Source: Octopus sinensis (lineage: Eukaryota). From it: DNA of 64,000 nt. Under the pieces are notes generated by a model. It saw only the letters and a list, made by a program, of their open reading frames with translations, was not told the origin of the DNA and did no database searches. Shown here piece by piece: positions 38,968 to 53,175 of the stretch. Numbering within the stretch: the stretch's first letter is position 1; each line of letters begins with the position of its first letter. The stretch is from positions 72,106,001-72,170,000 of the forward strand of contig NC_043009.1 of NCBI RefSeq assembly GCF_006345805.1. Reading direction: 5' to 3'. The translations under genes were made by a program, and so were the position numbers.

Positions 38968-40169
38968 TATTATCACGGTATAATAAATAATAATATTCAC
39001 ACAGACAGACGGGGCAGATGTCTCACAGAAGAGAAGCAAGAGGAATGTCTCATGATGGGATGCACAGAAGCAAGTTTGGTGAAACTACTCGAACATTCTT
39101 TAAAGTTTTGGTTATTTCCATATGATTCCGTAACATATTTTATTTTATTCTCTAAATCGGAATGTTATCATGCCAAGCTTTTTTTTACATTGTTTTATAT
39201 TAAACATCGTTATTTAAAAATAAAGCTGTCCATTCTTCTAATTCTATATTTTTCAAATATACTTGTTTGTGTGTTATGAAGGTATAGATTTAATGTGTTA
39301 AAAATACACAATTTTGTTCGATATTTCTTCGTTGTTACCTAATCGAAGCCAAAGATATTGATCTTTGGTACTATTCAAAGCCTCAAAACATTAAACAACA
39401 ATTAGATTTTCATTCCAGCCTGGCATTTATTTTTCTTATTGTTGATGTCAATGGTGACATGTTTCAAGTTGTCACCGTCTTCAACCGAATTAGCTTCTGT
39501 CTTCGCCGCCGGTCGTCCTGATTGCGTGAAATAGTAGCTAAGTCTTCCTTATATCACACCGTAATAAAACGACTCATATTTTGGACAGATTACTTTTGAG
39601 ACGAAATGGTCACGGCTTGAGTATTAATAATTAATGTTTACAAGAGATACGAGTTCGAATTCCATGAACAGCCCTCGCCTTTTTCTGTTGAAAGCTTTTT
39701 TTAACCCAATATTTACACGCTGTTTTGTAGCCTTATTTACTTCGAGATCTACCATTCCATAAAATAATTTTTTTCCAATTTGTTTTCACGTTTAATACTT
39801 TGTCTCAGCTAATGTCTTTCATACTTTGAGTAATTAAACCCTCAGTTTTATTTATTTGTTTATTTGCATTTCAAATATGAAGGCCTTGAATGAGACAATA
39901 TTGTTGCCGTTATTTAGTCCCAAATCAATTCTGATTCAGCAAAATTTATAATTAAAGAACCGTTTTAGCAATAATTACACCTTTTCTTTCTTTTTTTTTT
40001 TCTTGGCATGGTTTGCTAGCAGTGCTCCAGCATGGTCAGATCCCTTTAACTGAAACATGCAAAAGTAAATAATAGTGCATATAGGACTAGATTATCTAAC
40101 ATGTAAATCAATTTTAAATCAAGCCAAAGCTAATTGGGGCTCGTTAGTTCTGTAACAGTAGGCAAGATA

Positions 40170-40790
40170 TCCCAAGAAATCGATTTTCTTAAATGCCCTG
40201 AAGGCTCCCTAGAGGAAGTAGATAGTGTCTGCTATCTAGGTGACTCCAATTAGTGGAAGAAGATGTTCTGAAAGTGTAGTTGCAAGAATAAGAATAGGAT
40301 GGAGTAAGTTCAGAGGGTTATTACCTCAGTTGGCACCAAAAGCTCTCTCTCTCTTTCTTTTTCTCTGAGTGAAAGGCAGATTGTATGACACTCGTGTATG
40401 CACAACAGTGCAGCATGGTAGTGAGGTGTGGCCTTAAATGTAGGTGACATGCAAAGACTGGGGAGGAATGAAGCTAAGGTGCTTGGATTTGCATTGTCAT
40501 TGTGCATGTACAACAGCATGATAATGTATTGAAAGAAAGGCATCAGAAGAATCAGATGAAGGGTGTAAGAGAGAAGGCTGTAGTGGTTGAGATGTGATGC
40601 GTATGGAGAAAGACAGCTGTATAAAGAAGGACCAATCATTTGAAGTGCATGTGACCTGTGTAAGAGAGATACCCAGCAAGACATAGGATGAAGTGTTGAA
40701 GGTTGATCTCAAGATGCTTTGTGGAGGAGATAACTGAGGAGTGAGAGAATTGGGGATTTGCTTTGCTTGAGATAACCTGACCATCACAGC
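40170..40790 (+). mobile_element. Old decayed RTE family 2-like RT fragment
   Basis: Collinear at the DNA level with 63780-64000 and with the ORF end at 34690-35190; a similar relic lies at 42505-42870. Confidence 0.65.
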
Positions 40791-41689
40791 AAAAACGGTA
40801 TCCTAAAACCAATTGGAGTGCTTGTATGTGTACGGCCTGCCTCATTAAGCATTTCTCTCCCAATTCTTGTCCCCTAACACCTATCACCCCCTTATTCATT
40901 GTACTACTTGGCAGCTGTAATCCCTTGAGAATGGAATAAGCACATATTCTTTTTTGGTTACCTCCAGCCTTTCTCTCAGGAACTGCCTCCATTTCATATT
41001 ATCATCCCTATCCAAGTTATTTGCCCCAATCACCTCCCTTTTTATGCCTTCACCCCCCCCCCCAATCACTTTCTTCTGCTGTTCTCCATTCTTGACCCCT
41101 CTCTTATCTGCTATCATTCTCAGTGCCCTCCCACATCTACTATCATCCCCCCACACACACACACACTCACCAGAGCCCCCTTATGTACCCCAATATCTCC
41201 CTCCCTCTCCACTGCCCCTACACTTTGCACATCAATTCACTACTTTCTGGTCTATTTTTATTCCTGAACTGCTCCCATATTTCTCACCTCAACCCTCTCC
41301 ATACTGATGTTTCCCCTCATCCACACCTTCACCCCCTCTACATTCACCTCCGTCTCCATCTTTCACCATCTGTTATGTCCTCTTCACTCTCTATGAAAGC
41401 CTCTTCTCTCTCCTCTCCTGCTCACTTTTTTCTGGCATTCCATCACAACCTTCCTTTGTGTCCTTCTCAACTACTCACACCCACCTCTCTGTATAACAGG
41501 GCTTAGTTCTGTATCTCTTTCACTGCAAGTCCCCTGTGCTTCTTCCTCCATCTTGTTTCAGCCTTTCAACATTCAAAATGAAGCTCCCTTCTTCCCCTCT
41601 CAAATACTCTTCGTTCAGTTGTAGAAGCCTTTTTTCTCATTCCTCTCCAGGTTCTTCTTTTGTCTTGTAAGTCACTTAACAACCTCTGT

Positions 41690-41880
41690 AGTGCTGATGA
41701 CATGGAAAGAAGCACCCAATCCACTCTGCAAAGTGGTTGGCATTAGGAAAGGCACCCAGTCATGGAACCTTTGCCAAATCAGATAATGGAGCCTGGCACA
41801 GTTTCGTTGCTTGCTAGATTCTGTCAAACTGTCCAACCTATGCCAGCATGGAAAGTGGACATTAAATGATGATGATGACT
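41690..41880 (+). mobile_element. RTE family 2 3' end, diverged
   Basis: ccagcatggaaagtggacattaaatgatgatgatg terminus. Confidence 0.7.
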
Positions 41881-42906
41881 GTCTTTGTTTCCATTAATTT
41901 TGAAAATTATGAAGAATTTAAACAACTTTATAATATTAAGCTGGCATTTAGAACAATTTAACATGAAATTTTGATGGAAGGATTTAAGTTAGACCATTTT
42001 AAAACAGGGAACTTGTATTGTAAAACTCGGAAAAGTCTTTGGTATTTTGTTATTAAAAGGGTTAAAGGTGTTTTTTATATAAGGTTCCATCAGTGCTGGA
42101 AGGCTTTTTTTATTTTTTCAGCCTGAGGAATTGATGGATAACTGAATAGAAACTTTAATAAACAGGTATCAAAGAATCTAAATTGCTTCTCAAAAAGCCT
42201 TAACTCTCATTTACAGAATTTGCCATTTTTTCAACTTGAACATCAAGGCTGTAGATGATATGGTTGTGTCTTAACAGGTTTGTAATGTAGATTTTTTTAA
42301 AGTCACCTTAAGAGTGTCCTGTCACAGAACTCTTAAGATAAAAACTAATGTGCAGAGTCTCATTTCTTGCACTCAAAACAAAAGTAACGTCAGGAACATA
42401 AACCATGAACCATACACAAAGAATGACCATGGCTTCAGCTGGCTGAATATGCTCCGGGTCATTTAGCATGGGGTTAATCTTGCAGCGTTTGGACAAGCTC
42501 AAATAAAAGCTCCGTCCCCATTCCTATTCACCATAGTCCTACTGGCCATCACAGAGGAGTTTGAGATTGGCTATCCATGGAAGTTCCAATATGCTGTTGA
42601 TCTAGTTCTAATAGATGAAACTATGGTGGGCATGGAAGCTAAATCTAGAACTGAAAGGCCACAAGGTCAACTTAGCAAAGATGAAGTTTTTAGTAAATAG
42701 TAAAGAAAACAGGCCCATGGTGTTTTGAGGGAAAGGTCTCTGCTTGATAAACAAAAAAGAAATAAGTCTAAACCCCATACACTGTAGCTAACATAAGTTC
42801 TGGATGCACAAGAGATGTAGTGGAATCAGAGGCAGGTTAACAGAAAGTAAACTTCAGATGAACTGGTGGAATGCCCCTTAAATGGTTTGCTGTGAATGGT
42901 TTGCAT

Positions 42907-43243
42907 GTGAAGGCGCATGGCTCAGTGGTTAGAGCGTCGAGCTTACGATCGTGAGGTTGTGAGCTCGAATCCCGGACCGGGCTGCGTGTTGTGTTCTCAA
43001 GCAAGGCACTTTATTTCACGTTGCTCCAGTTCACTCAGCTGTAGAAATGAGTTGCGACGTCACAGGTGCCAAGCTGAATCGACCTTTGTCTTTCCCTTGG
43101 ATAACACTGGTGGCGTGGAGAGGGGAGGCTGGTATGCATGAGCGACTGCTAGCCTTCCATAAACAACCTTGCCCGGACTTGTGTCTAGGAGGGTAACTTT
43201 CTAGGTGCAATCCCATGGTCATTCATGACCGAAGGGGGTCTTT
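42907..43243 (+). mobile_element. tRNA-derived SINE family B
   Basis: A box tggctcagtgg (42918-42928), B box gagctcgaatccc (42961-42973), CORE-like tgtgttctcaagcaaggcacttta; second copy at 7607-7956. Confidence 0.85.
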
Positions 43244-43566
43244 AGGTTTGCTGTTAATTAGTAAGCATAATTAGTCAGGCTTGCTCTGAAAGTGTAGCAG
43301 CTAGGGTAAGAATGGGCTGGAAGAAGTTCAAGGAGCTGATACAGCTGTTGCTAACAAATTTCTTTTCTCTGGGAGTGAAGGATAGATTGTAGAGTACTTG
43401 TACTTGAAATGCAATGTTGCATGCTATAGAGACATGGGCCTTGAATGCAGAGAGACTGGAAGGAAATGAGGCAAGTGTGCTTTGTGAAATGTGCATGATC
43501 AACAAAGTACAAATGTATGAATTCTAAGCGCTTATGGTCAGTTTTCAAGAGAAATATTTGTCTTAT

Positions 43567-43953
43567 AGGCACGGGCATGGCTGTGTTGTAAGAAGCTTGC
43601 TTCCCAACCACATGGTTCCAGGTTCAGTCCCACTGTGTGGCATTTTGGGCAAATGTCTTCCACTCTAGCCTTAGGCTGGCTGAAGCCTTGTGAGTGGATT
43701 TGGTAGATGGAAACTAAAAGAAGCCCATCGTGTATATATATATATATATATTGGCATGTTTGTCCCTCCACTATCGCTTGACAACTGATGTTGGTGTGTT
43801 TACATCCCTATAACTTAGCAGTTTGGCAAAAGGGACTGATAGAATAAGTACCAGGCTTACAAAGAACAAGTCCTGGGGTTGATTTGTTTGACTGAAAGCA
43901 GTGTTCCAGCATGGTCACAGTCAAACAACTGAAGCAAGTAAAAGAGTAATAAG
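43567..43953 (+). mobile_element. tRNA-derived SINE family C with central TA/CA microsatellite
   Basis: tggctgtgt.gtaagaag.ttgcttcccaaccacatggttc..ggttcagtcccactg.gtggca.tttgggcaa; related copies at 48313-48470, 50330-50490 (-), 51040-51420 and 57850-58185. Confidence 0.8.
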
Positions 43954-43956
43954 AAT

Positions 43957-46900
43957 TGTCGACCTCTTTACACTGTCCAGACAGTCACTGAAGCCAATGT
44001 CTTCCCAATGTTAGAATCAGTTTTTGCTTCAGCTAGACATCGTGGTAAGTATAGAATTACATATCTCAAGATCCCGGACCACGGGGGGGAGAATAAAGGA
44101 TCAAATAGGGACGGAAAAAAACGAAATGGACTTGGACCGGAAATGGACAATGAGAAAGGAAATGGTATAGGAAAGGTAGATGAGGAGTTCAGCTGCTGCG
44201 GAAAGGTGTTTGCTAGTTACATTGGGCTGAGAATCCACCAAGGGAAGGTGTGCCAGAAGAAAGTAATTCAACAACGCGCGTTGATAAACCATAAGACGTG
44301 TGGCCAGAACCCCCCGGAAAATAACCATTGCGAGGTTCATTCCACAGTTGAATTGGAACAGTCAAAAAGAATGATAGGCGTGAAGAAGACAAAGGTTAAG
44401 TGGCCGAAAGCAAATGACGCAGCGAGATATAAAAAATTTGACGACGAGGTAGCAAGAATGACCACCAAATTCAAAGGCGACGACGAACAAAAGCTCGAAA
44501 ACCTGGCTAATACAATCTACCAGGAAGGAGAGAAACGATTTGGACTGGAAACAACAGGGAAGGTAGACTCAGCGGCAAAGAGTGGACCATCGAGGAGAGA
44601 AAGGCGGATCGCAAAGATTCGAGAAGAGAAGAGAAGAGAAGAAAAAACTCAGAACCAGATGGAGGGATGCAAAGGAGGAGGAAAGAGAAGGGCTAAAGCA
44701 GCTATATGAAGAAAAAGAGAGCATGAGACCTGCCTGCTAAGAAACAAAGAAGGAGGAGCAGAAGAAAGGAGAGAGAAAAAAACTATCGTAGCTTTGTGAA
44801 CAATCCCTATCAATATGCGAAACATCTATTTACTGAAAGTAAAAACGGAAAATTGGATTGCTCAAACAACATCTGAAAGAGACATACAGCGACTCTGACA
44901 GAAATGAAGTACTCCCAGAAATGCACGGACTGAAGAAACCACCTGAACCAAGAGTACCATTTGATTTGAGCGACATCAAACGGAAAGAAATGGATAAATT
45001 CATAAGGAAAGCAAGAGCAAAAAGTGCACCAGGGAACGATGGAGTGAGCTACAAAATTACGATTGCAGCTGTTTGCACTGATAAGAGAAATTTGGAAGAA
45101 GAAAGATGTAGCGGAGCGATAGTGTATAGCTGAAGGTATCTTTCTACTTAAAGAAAAAGAGGCAAAAACACTAGGCCAATTTAGACCGATTTCACTACTA
45201 AATACAGATGGAAAAATCATGTTCGGAATAATTGCTAGACGAATCATAAGATTCGTACAGCATAACGGGTACGTTAATGAAGCAATCCAAAAAGCAGGAA
45301 TCCCTGGGTGCATAGAACACGCATTTTCCATCTGGGAAGCCATCACTTGTGAAAAACAAATGAAGAAAAACCTGTATATTGTTTGGCTAGATCTTGCCAA
45401 TGCATATGGATCTGTTCCGCACGCAATAATAAAAACAGTGATGGACTTCTTTTGGATTCCAAAAGATGTTCAACGAATGCTCATGTCGTGCTATGACAAC
45501 CTGAGGATGAGATTTACAGCAGGAAAGTTCACAATGGAGAGGCAATGGCTTGAAATAGGTATTGCAGCCGGATGCACGATATCAGTCATCTTATTCATAC
45601 TAGTCATGGAAATGCTACAAACTGTGAGAAAGCTGTTACAAAGACACCATTAAGGGCTTTTATGGACGACATAACTATATTATTGGAAAGTAGAGAAGCA
45701 GCAGAGGGAATGCTAGAGCGGTTGGACAAACTGATAGGATGGGCAAGGATGAAATTCAAAGCCAAAAAATCTCGAAGCATGGCTTTCGTGAAAAGAAGGC
45801 AAGAAGAAGTGAAATCCAGGATAGGAAGTGAAGACATACCAACAGTGAAAGAACAACCAGTAAAGAGTCTCGGCAGATGGTATAGAGATTTATTAAATGA
45901 TAAGAAGCAAGGGAAAGAAACACATGAATTAGTAGAACAAGGATTAAAGGCAATTGACAGAACAACGCTGCCGGGAAGGTTCATACTGCAATTTGGGCTG
46001 TACCCAAGAATAATGCGGCCATTGCAAATGTACGAAATAGCCTCGAGTAGAGTAGAAAGGATGGAACAAAGATGCAGTGTGTTTATCAGAAAATGGCTTG
46101 GTCTGCTGAAACCACTGAATACAACTGCACTATATGGAAAAGCCGTGCTGCAATTACCAATAACATCAATCGCCGAAGAATATAAGGCAGGAAAAGCAAG
46201 GACAGTAATGATGCTAAAGTATTCAAAAGATCAGAGCATCCGGGAAAACCCTCCAAAGGTACGAACAGGGAGGAAATGGAAGGCGGAAGAGGCAGTAAAC
46301 AGGGCGATCAGGAAAACTAAAGCACGCAGATATAGTCAGAGCGACGCAAGAAACTAGAACCGGCCTAGGGTCGCAAAATTTCAGGCCATTTTGCAAGAGC
46401 AGTGTAAAAGAGATGAAAGAGGCAGTGGTATACGAAGTGAGAAAGGAGGAAGAAAAAAGGCGAAATGTACATTTGGTGCAATGCAGTTAACAGGGACAGT
46501 GCCTGAGATGGGAGGAATATGTGATCAACCGCAGAATATCATGGAAGGAACTTTGGGCTTGGGAACAAGCAAGGACATCCTTCCTGATCAAGTCTACCTT
46601 CGACGTTCTACCCTCACCAGCGAACTTAGTCCGGTGGAACATAAACAAAACCGATGAGTGTAGATGCGGAGAGAAAGCAACAGTTAGACATGTTCTGTCA
46701 GGTTGCAGACTAGCACTTGAAAGATATACATGGCGGCATAATCAAGTCCTCGGCATCATAAGCGCAGCACTCAAGGAGAAGATCGAGAGGTACAATAGGG
46801 GAGAGTACCCCAAAGTGGAAAAGCGCAGGAAAGTATACTTCCACAAGGAGGGAAAAGGTTATAAAACCAGGCCTACAAGTAAAGTATACGAGATGGAAGG

Positions 46901-47700
46901 GATACTGGGAGGTGGCCACGGACTTGGGAAGACAAGTAGTATTTCCACTAATAAAAACAACAAAAAGACCGGATTTAGTTCTATGGAACAGAGACAGGAG
47001 AATGGGAATTTTACTAGAACTGACAGTACCTTGGGGAGAGAACATCGGCAATGCAGAGGAACGAAAGGAGAAGAGGTATGAAAAGCTAATCGAAGAATGC
47101 AGAGAACAGGGATGGAATGTCGAATATTATCACCTGGCAGTAGGGGCTAGAGGCTTCATTGAAAAAAAATGACAACGCTTTTCAAAAGATTTGTTTTTTC
47201 TAGCCTCGAGCTGCGTAAACTAATAAGGAGAGTACAGGAGGTGGTCGAAAAGCCAGCTTCTATATATGGCTGAAGCGGGAAGACCAAAAATGGCTTGAAA
47301 GTCATAAACACACCGACGAGAAATAACATCATTAGGTGAGACAAGCTGACTGAATCAGCTTCGCTGACTGACAAGTGACGGTCGTTTAGAAAAAGCGCGG
47401 GCTAAAACTACTCGCCTTCACTAGTCACTTAAGGTGAGACAGTGTCACGTGGCAACTTGCTGGGGCTGCCTGCTGGAGTCAAGCAGCAGGTATTTAAAGG
47501 GAGAAATTTGACAAGACAGTCAGTCACCGGCTGACACTTGTTGACGATCGAAGAGGCCAGGAAAGAGTAGAAAGAAGACAACACCAGAGCTGAAGACACC
47601 CCTGAAAGGAGGGCGGGGGGCGCCACGTCAAAACGGTAGAGGAGTAGGGGCCGAAAGCGGACGTGGTTCCTCCTGATGATGTCTTGAGCTAACTGGATCC
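43957..47700 (+). mobile_element. Near full-length HERO/R2-superfamily non-LTR retrotransposon (zinc finger, RT, CCHC, restriction-like endonuclease), frameshifted
   Basis: CCGKVFASYIGLRIHQGKVC; SAPGNDGV; FRPISLLN; WLDLANAYGSVPH; GIAAGCTIS; AFMDDIT; CRCGEKATVRHVLSGC..RYTWRHNQVL; KRPDLVLW..LELTVPWGE..ERKEKRY. Boundaries approximate. Confidence 0.88.
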
Positions 47701-47714
47701 TATAAAGGAACTGT

Positions 47715-48250
47715 TGTGGTAGCAGATCACGAAACACGGTTGTAATTCCTCCCTACCATACTTAAATATATCAGATATTGACTGTTGACCAGCATCTAGA
47801 GTGACAATGACCTCTCTTGTATCAAACACCTGTTCAAGGAGTGATCTAATCAAATCATTCTTTAATGTTTCAAATAGATCGATATTCTTTCCATAAAAAT
47901 GTGCTGCTCTTTTGTCATTGGTTTGAAAATCCAAACTCTGGAATATGCTGGAATAAATCAGCCAAAAATATTAGTCATGCTTCAAAAACAACTTCAGTTC
48001 TTTCCTGCTCTGAAGAATTTTTAGGATTAATACCTTCACTGACCTACACTCTGGTTGAATATCATGTCTGTTAACCTTATATCCTAAAAGGGTCAAGTCT
48101 TCTCTATAAAAGATTGTGTGTCTTTCATAAATACTGAAACCACCCGGGGTGAGTCTTTGTAAAATTTCTTTTACTTTCTGCTCTTGTTTACCAATGGTAT
48201 GACCACAAATGCCCAGGTCCTCTTGACCAATTAGTTTCCAGTGAAATCTC
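47715..48250 (-). mobile_element. Old Gypsy-type RT/RNase H linker remnant
   Basis: VKEILQRL..LTLLGYKVNRHDIQP..SRKELKLFL and FETLKNDL..VFD..VIVTLDA resemble the LTR RT thumb and RNase H linker. Confidence 0.6.
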
Positions 48251-48474
48251 CCAACACATTTTATGAAGCACGTTGAAATAGTGTTCTGATACTGTATCAT
48301 AGCCAGATGCAGGCATGGCTGTGAGGTAAGAAGTCTGCTTCTCAACCACATGGTTTCAGGTTCAATCTCAGTGTGTGGCACTTTGGACATCTTTTATTGC
48401 TTTGGTAGATGGAAACTGAAAGAAGTTGGATGTGTGTGCATATACATATATATATATGTGTGTGTATGCGTATA

Positions 48475-49780
48475 TATATTTCTTTATTGCCCACAGGGGG
48501 CTAAACACAGAGGGGACAAACAAGGACAGACAAAGGGATTAAGTCGATCACATCAAGCCCAGTGTGTAAGTGGTACTTATTTAAACAACCCCAAAAGAAT
48601 GAAAGGCAAAGTCGACCTTGGCAGAATGTGAACTCAGAAAGTAATGCAGACGAAATACCTATTTCTTTACTACCCACAAGGGGCTAAACACAGATAGGAC
48701 AAACAAGGACAGACAAATGGATTAAGTTGATTACATCGACCCCAGTGTGTAACTGGTACTTAATTTATCGACCCCGAAAGGATGTAAGGCAAAGTCGACC
48801 TTGGCGGAATTTGAACACAGAACATAATGGCAAACGAAATACTGCTGCGCATTTCGCCCGACGTGCTAACGATTCTGCCAGCTCGCCACCATACACATAT
48901 GTGCGTATGTGTATATAAAAATATATGTATGTATATGTTTATATGAGTGTGTGTAACTGACTTCTTGCCCGTTGTAAACAAGCATCACTGTGATACAAGC
49001 AGCATCTTTTGTTTACAATCTAAGGTGAAAACCTGTCCAGTCATGATGGGGAAATATTACCTTACTTGGAAACAGGAAGGAAATCTGGTCACAAAAAATC
49101 TGACTCAAAAAATTCCATCCAACTCCTGCAAACATGGAAATGTGGAAGTTAAATCAATGGTAATGATCATAGATGTGGCTAAATGCAACAATGCAAAAGG
49201 TGTGATTTACGTTTGTTATTTGCTAAGCTTCACTGGAAATCAGGATTTGATTGTCAGCTACAAACAAATCTGTTTTTGTAAAATATATCATATGTATCAG
49301 TTTGTGTTACTCTGTCTCAATATTCAAAAGAAGGTGGCAAGCTGGCAGATATGTTAGCATGCCAGGCGAAATGCTTAGTGGTATTTCGCCTGTCTTTATG
49401 TTCTGAGTTCAAATTCCACCGAGGTCGACTTTGCCTTTCATCCTTTCGGGGTCAATAAACTTAGCACTAGTTGCTTACTGGGGTCGAACTAATCGACTGG
49501 TCCCCACCCCAAAAATTTCGGGCCTTGTGCCTAGAGCAGAAAAGAATATTTGTATATTGATAGAAGGCAGCAAACTGGTAGAGACGTTAGCACACTGAGC
49601 AAAATGCTTAGCGGTATTTCAGCTGTCTTTACATTCTGAGTTCAAATTCCGCCAAGGTCAACTTTGTCTTTTATCTTTCCGGGGTTGATAAATTAAGTAC
49701 TAGTTGCGTACTGGGGTCAATCTAATCAACTAGTCTCCTCCCCTAAAATTTCGAGCCTTGTGCCAAGAGTAGAAAAGAAT
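48475..49780. mobile_element. Cluster of four family A SINE copies: two on - (48475-48890), two on + (49330-49547, 49563-49780)
   Basis: Mutual similarity by direct comparison. Confidence 0.8.
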
Positions 49781-51556
49781 ATTCAGTCAAAACATATTTT
49801 GGGATTTACTCCAATATATTTGTTGTTAGTATAAACAGGTAAATTGCCATCAAGTTTGTGCACCTCAACCAATGCTGAAGTTCATTTACTTGTTTCTGAT
49901 TCAACTTTTGTTGTTGAGCCATTATTTAGCATTTCCTGAATTTCCTTAAAAGGGAATGAATAAATAAAGTCTAGATTCATAATATGCAGCTTTGATTTTT
50001 AGTTTATTTTAGCTTCAATATTATCAAATAGGCCATCATCATAAAAGTTGCTTTTCTTTACTTACACGGATTGGACAGAATTTGTTTCATTGAATTTTCT
50101 CTGGTTGGGTGCCCTTCCTGTTGCTAACCCTCACTTGCTTTTGAGTAAGGTAATATTCCTTCCCCGTCCAGACCAGGCATGTTTTCATGGAAGATTGTCA
50201 ATGGAGGACACAGCTTATATGACAGTGACACTTGTTTTAAAAGTATCATCAGAAGTCTAGGCAAGGAGACAGTAACACACACACACACATGGATGCATGC
50301 ACACACACGGACACACACACATGCCAACATGCGACACGCACACACTTTGCATATAGTTTCTATCAACCAGATCTCCTCCCAACACACTGGTTGGCCTGAG
50401 GCTATTGTAAAGGACATTTGACCAGAGTGCTACACTATAGGACTGAACCTGAAACCATGTGGTTGGGGAGCAAGCTTTTTTTATCATGGAGCCACATCTG
50501 TGTGCAATAAATACTGATGTGCCATTGCATCGTAGCATTTCCATTCCAATAAAATCGTGTTCTTTTAGCATTTAGCCTCATATATGATAACTATATTATG
50601 ACTAATTTTAGTTTCTGATGAAGTTTTAAAGTTGCTAATTAATTAGGTTAATGAAACATCAAACAAGATTCTGGTTTGGGAGTTCAGGCTTATATCCAGA
50701 AGTTCTTAATATTGATAGCAACATCGCTGCCAGTGCCTGCTGCTTGCATCTGCTCTTCACCAATATTTCACTTAATGAAGGTCAAAGAGCTGGTGTCACT
50801 TTTCCCAATATTGAATACATTGCTTGATTCTTGGCCATTATCTACAGCAACATCCACTTCATACCATTTCTCAAATCTATACCTTAAAGACTGTCAGATA
50901 GACTAAAAATTGTTCTTCTTATGAACATTACAAATCTGTCCCAAAACCAGACCCTTTGCCACATTATGAGCATAAAATCAAGTCTTGCAAGAGACCACTT
51001 TTTGGACAATCTTGCCTATGGCAAATCCTTTTGGTATGCAGCTATGACTGTGTGGTTAAGAAGTTTGCTTTCCAACCACAGGCTTTCCCAGTTCAATTCC
51101 ACTGTGCTGCTTCTCTTAGGCAAGTATCTTCTTTTATGGCCCCTAGCTGACCCAAACCTTGTGAGTGAATTTGAGTTGAGAGGAACTGAAAGAAGGTTAC
51201 ACTGTGTGTGTGTGTGACTCTTTGTCTTGGCATCGAGTGAATGTTGGAAATGAATGTCATCCATTTGTAATATTCTGCATGGACAAATCTAGCCTTGGAG
51301 AAATATTACTTTCCTTGGAAGCGGTTAGCGGTTGGTGACCAGAAGAGTATTTGGCCACAGAAAGTCTGCCTCAATAAACTCTATCTGACCCATGCAGGTA
51401 TGGTAAAGTGGATGAGGATTTTCTTTTTTTGCCATATCAGTGTTTGAAAGTGCGGAGCCAGCTGAGGATTTTGTGACAGGGCAAAAGACAACGATGTCAT
51501 TGCTTGAATCTCAGTATGTATGTATATATGTTCTCTTCTATTTTTAATTATTTGAA

Positions 51557-51943
51557 ACTAGCAGTATCGCCCGGCGTTGCTCGGGTTTGTAAGGGAAATA
51601 ACTATAAAGCATTTTTAGAGAGTTATAGCCAAAAAATAGCAAAAAAAAATGGAAAAAAAATGATGGTAAATTTTTTTGAGAGTTAAAAAAGGTGGAGTTG
51701 CGTCCCCTAGACGGTCTGTGGTTTGGGTTTCTGATTCTCGACCCCATGTCGAATTTATCGATTTTTTTCAGAACTGGGGGAACTTTTCAAAATTTTCGCT
51801 GCGTTAGTTTTGAATTATGACATTGGGCTATGTGTGTGTCAAGTTTCATCAGAATCGGTTGAAAGCCATGGTCAGAGTGAGGGTACGAGAAAACAGACAC
51901 ACAGAAAACGCACAGACAAACTGCCGTTTATATAGAGAGAGAT
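51557..51943 (+). mobile_element. Non-autonomous Helentron/HINE (DINE-1-like) element
   Basis: Starts actagcagtatcg with hairpin cccggcgttgctcggg; has aagtttcatcagaatcgg and an (AC)-rich tract; ends tttatatagagagagat. Confidence 0.6.
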
Positions 51944-53175
51944 ATTTCTGTGAGGAAGAAGCTGGTTTCTTACAAAGACGTAAAGCTCCATCAATTGGAA
52001 TGTAGAGGAAAAAAACCCATGTCACGTTTTAAACTTGAGAAATGTCTTCTACATATTGTTCCACTTACAAATTGTATTTTTTAATGTGCGAGTTAGCAGG
52101 GTGATTTCTTTTTCTGAAAACCCCAGCTTATCCAGATTGTCATTTTAGCATTTACTCACAAAACCAAGTACACAAAGTATTTTTGGCATAAATGCGAATT
52201 TATAATCTGGATGTAGAAGCTGGAGGTTTCAGAGCAGTTTTCCATAGTTATCTTCTGTCTCTTTGATTTTTAAAGAGATATTCACATCTGCAGGGCAGCT
52301 AGCCTCTATGATGGTACCTACTTTTTCTTGTCTGTTCCGATCAACAATATCTGACTATGCATACATGTATGCATGTGTGTGTGTGTGTATATACTGTAGC
52401 AATAAACATTTTAGCCATTTTGAAATGTGGCGCGAACTGGCATTATGACGTAATGTCGTATTGCCGAAGAATTATCATTTTCGTTTTTTTCCGTTAGTTA
52501 ATATAACTGCTCATATAAAGATTCTAAAAGTTTTGAAAAGAATATTTGTCATGGATTTCGATTCTTTTTAAGTCAAGTTGAGCAGTTATAAAAACCCTGG
52601 ATTTTGGGAAAAATATCAGTGTTTGTTGGATGTCACTGAACTCTACGGCACTCACTCTTTTGGAGACATCGGTAATTTTTATGCCATGTCTAAGTTAATC
52701 ACAAATCTATTTTGATTTGTTGGTTAATGTATTAGATAGAAAGAAGAAATTAGTTAATGAATTTATAGTCGTTCTTCTTCACGACAAAGTTATCTTTCCT
52801 ACTGTAAATAATATAAAATGTTATATTTATATAATAAAAATAATTAAAAAGAAAATGTTTCTCTTCATGTTTGTTTTTCAACTGAGCATAAATAAGTATG
52901 CATTTCTGTAATCCTTAATTATGTTTTCTTATAGCAGTTTATAGGATACGAAGAAAATATTTAACATACATGTTGTTAATATTCATAGCATTTCATGCAT
53001 ATATGTCTCTATGACGTTATAACTGTAGTTAGGGTTTTAGGTATAATGATAACACTTTAGTATAAGTAATGTTGAATCATTATATTCTCTCTTCCTCAGA
53101 GAAAAGCCAAATAAAATAATATAACCTAAGAGAAGGCTTAAGGTTTAAACCGAAAACCGCCATAGGAAAATTGCA

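Noticed and set aside
42907-42985. tRNA-like sequence with A and B boxes
   Set aside because: No complete acceptor stem; continues into a SINE body present in another copy.
47640-47700. GAAA and CTGATGA close together, suggesting a hammerhead ribozyme
   Set aside because: Stem III and the NUH cleavage triplet cannot be formed in the required order.
50660-50900. Protein-like minus frame (EKWYEVDVAVDNGQESS..), faintly cadherin-like
   Set aside because: Internal stops and no convincing cadherin motifs.
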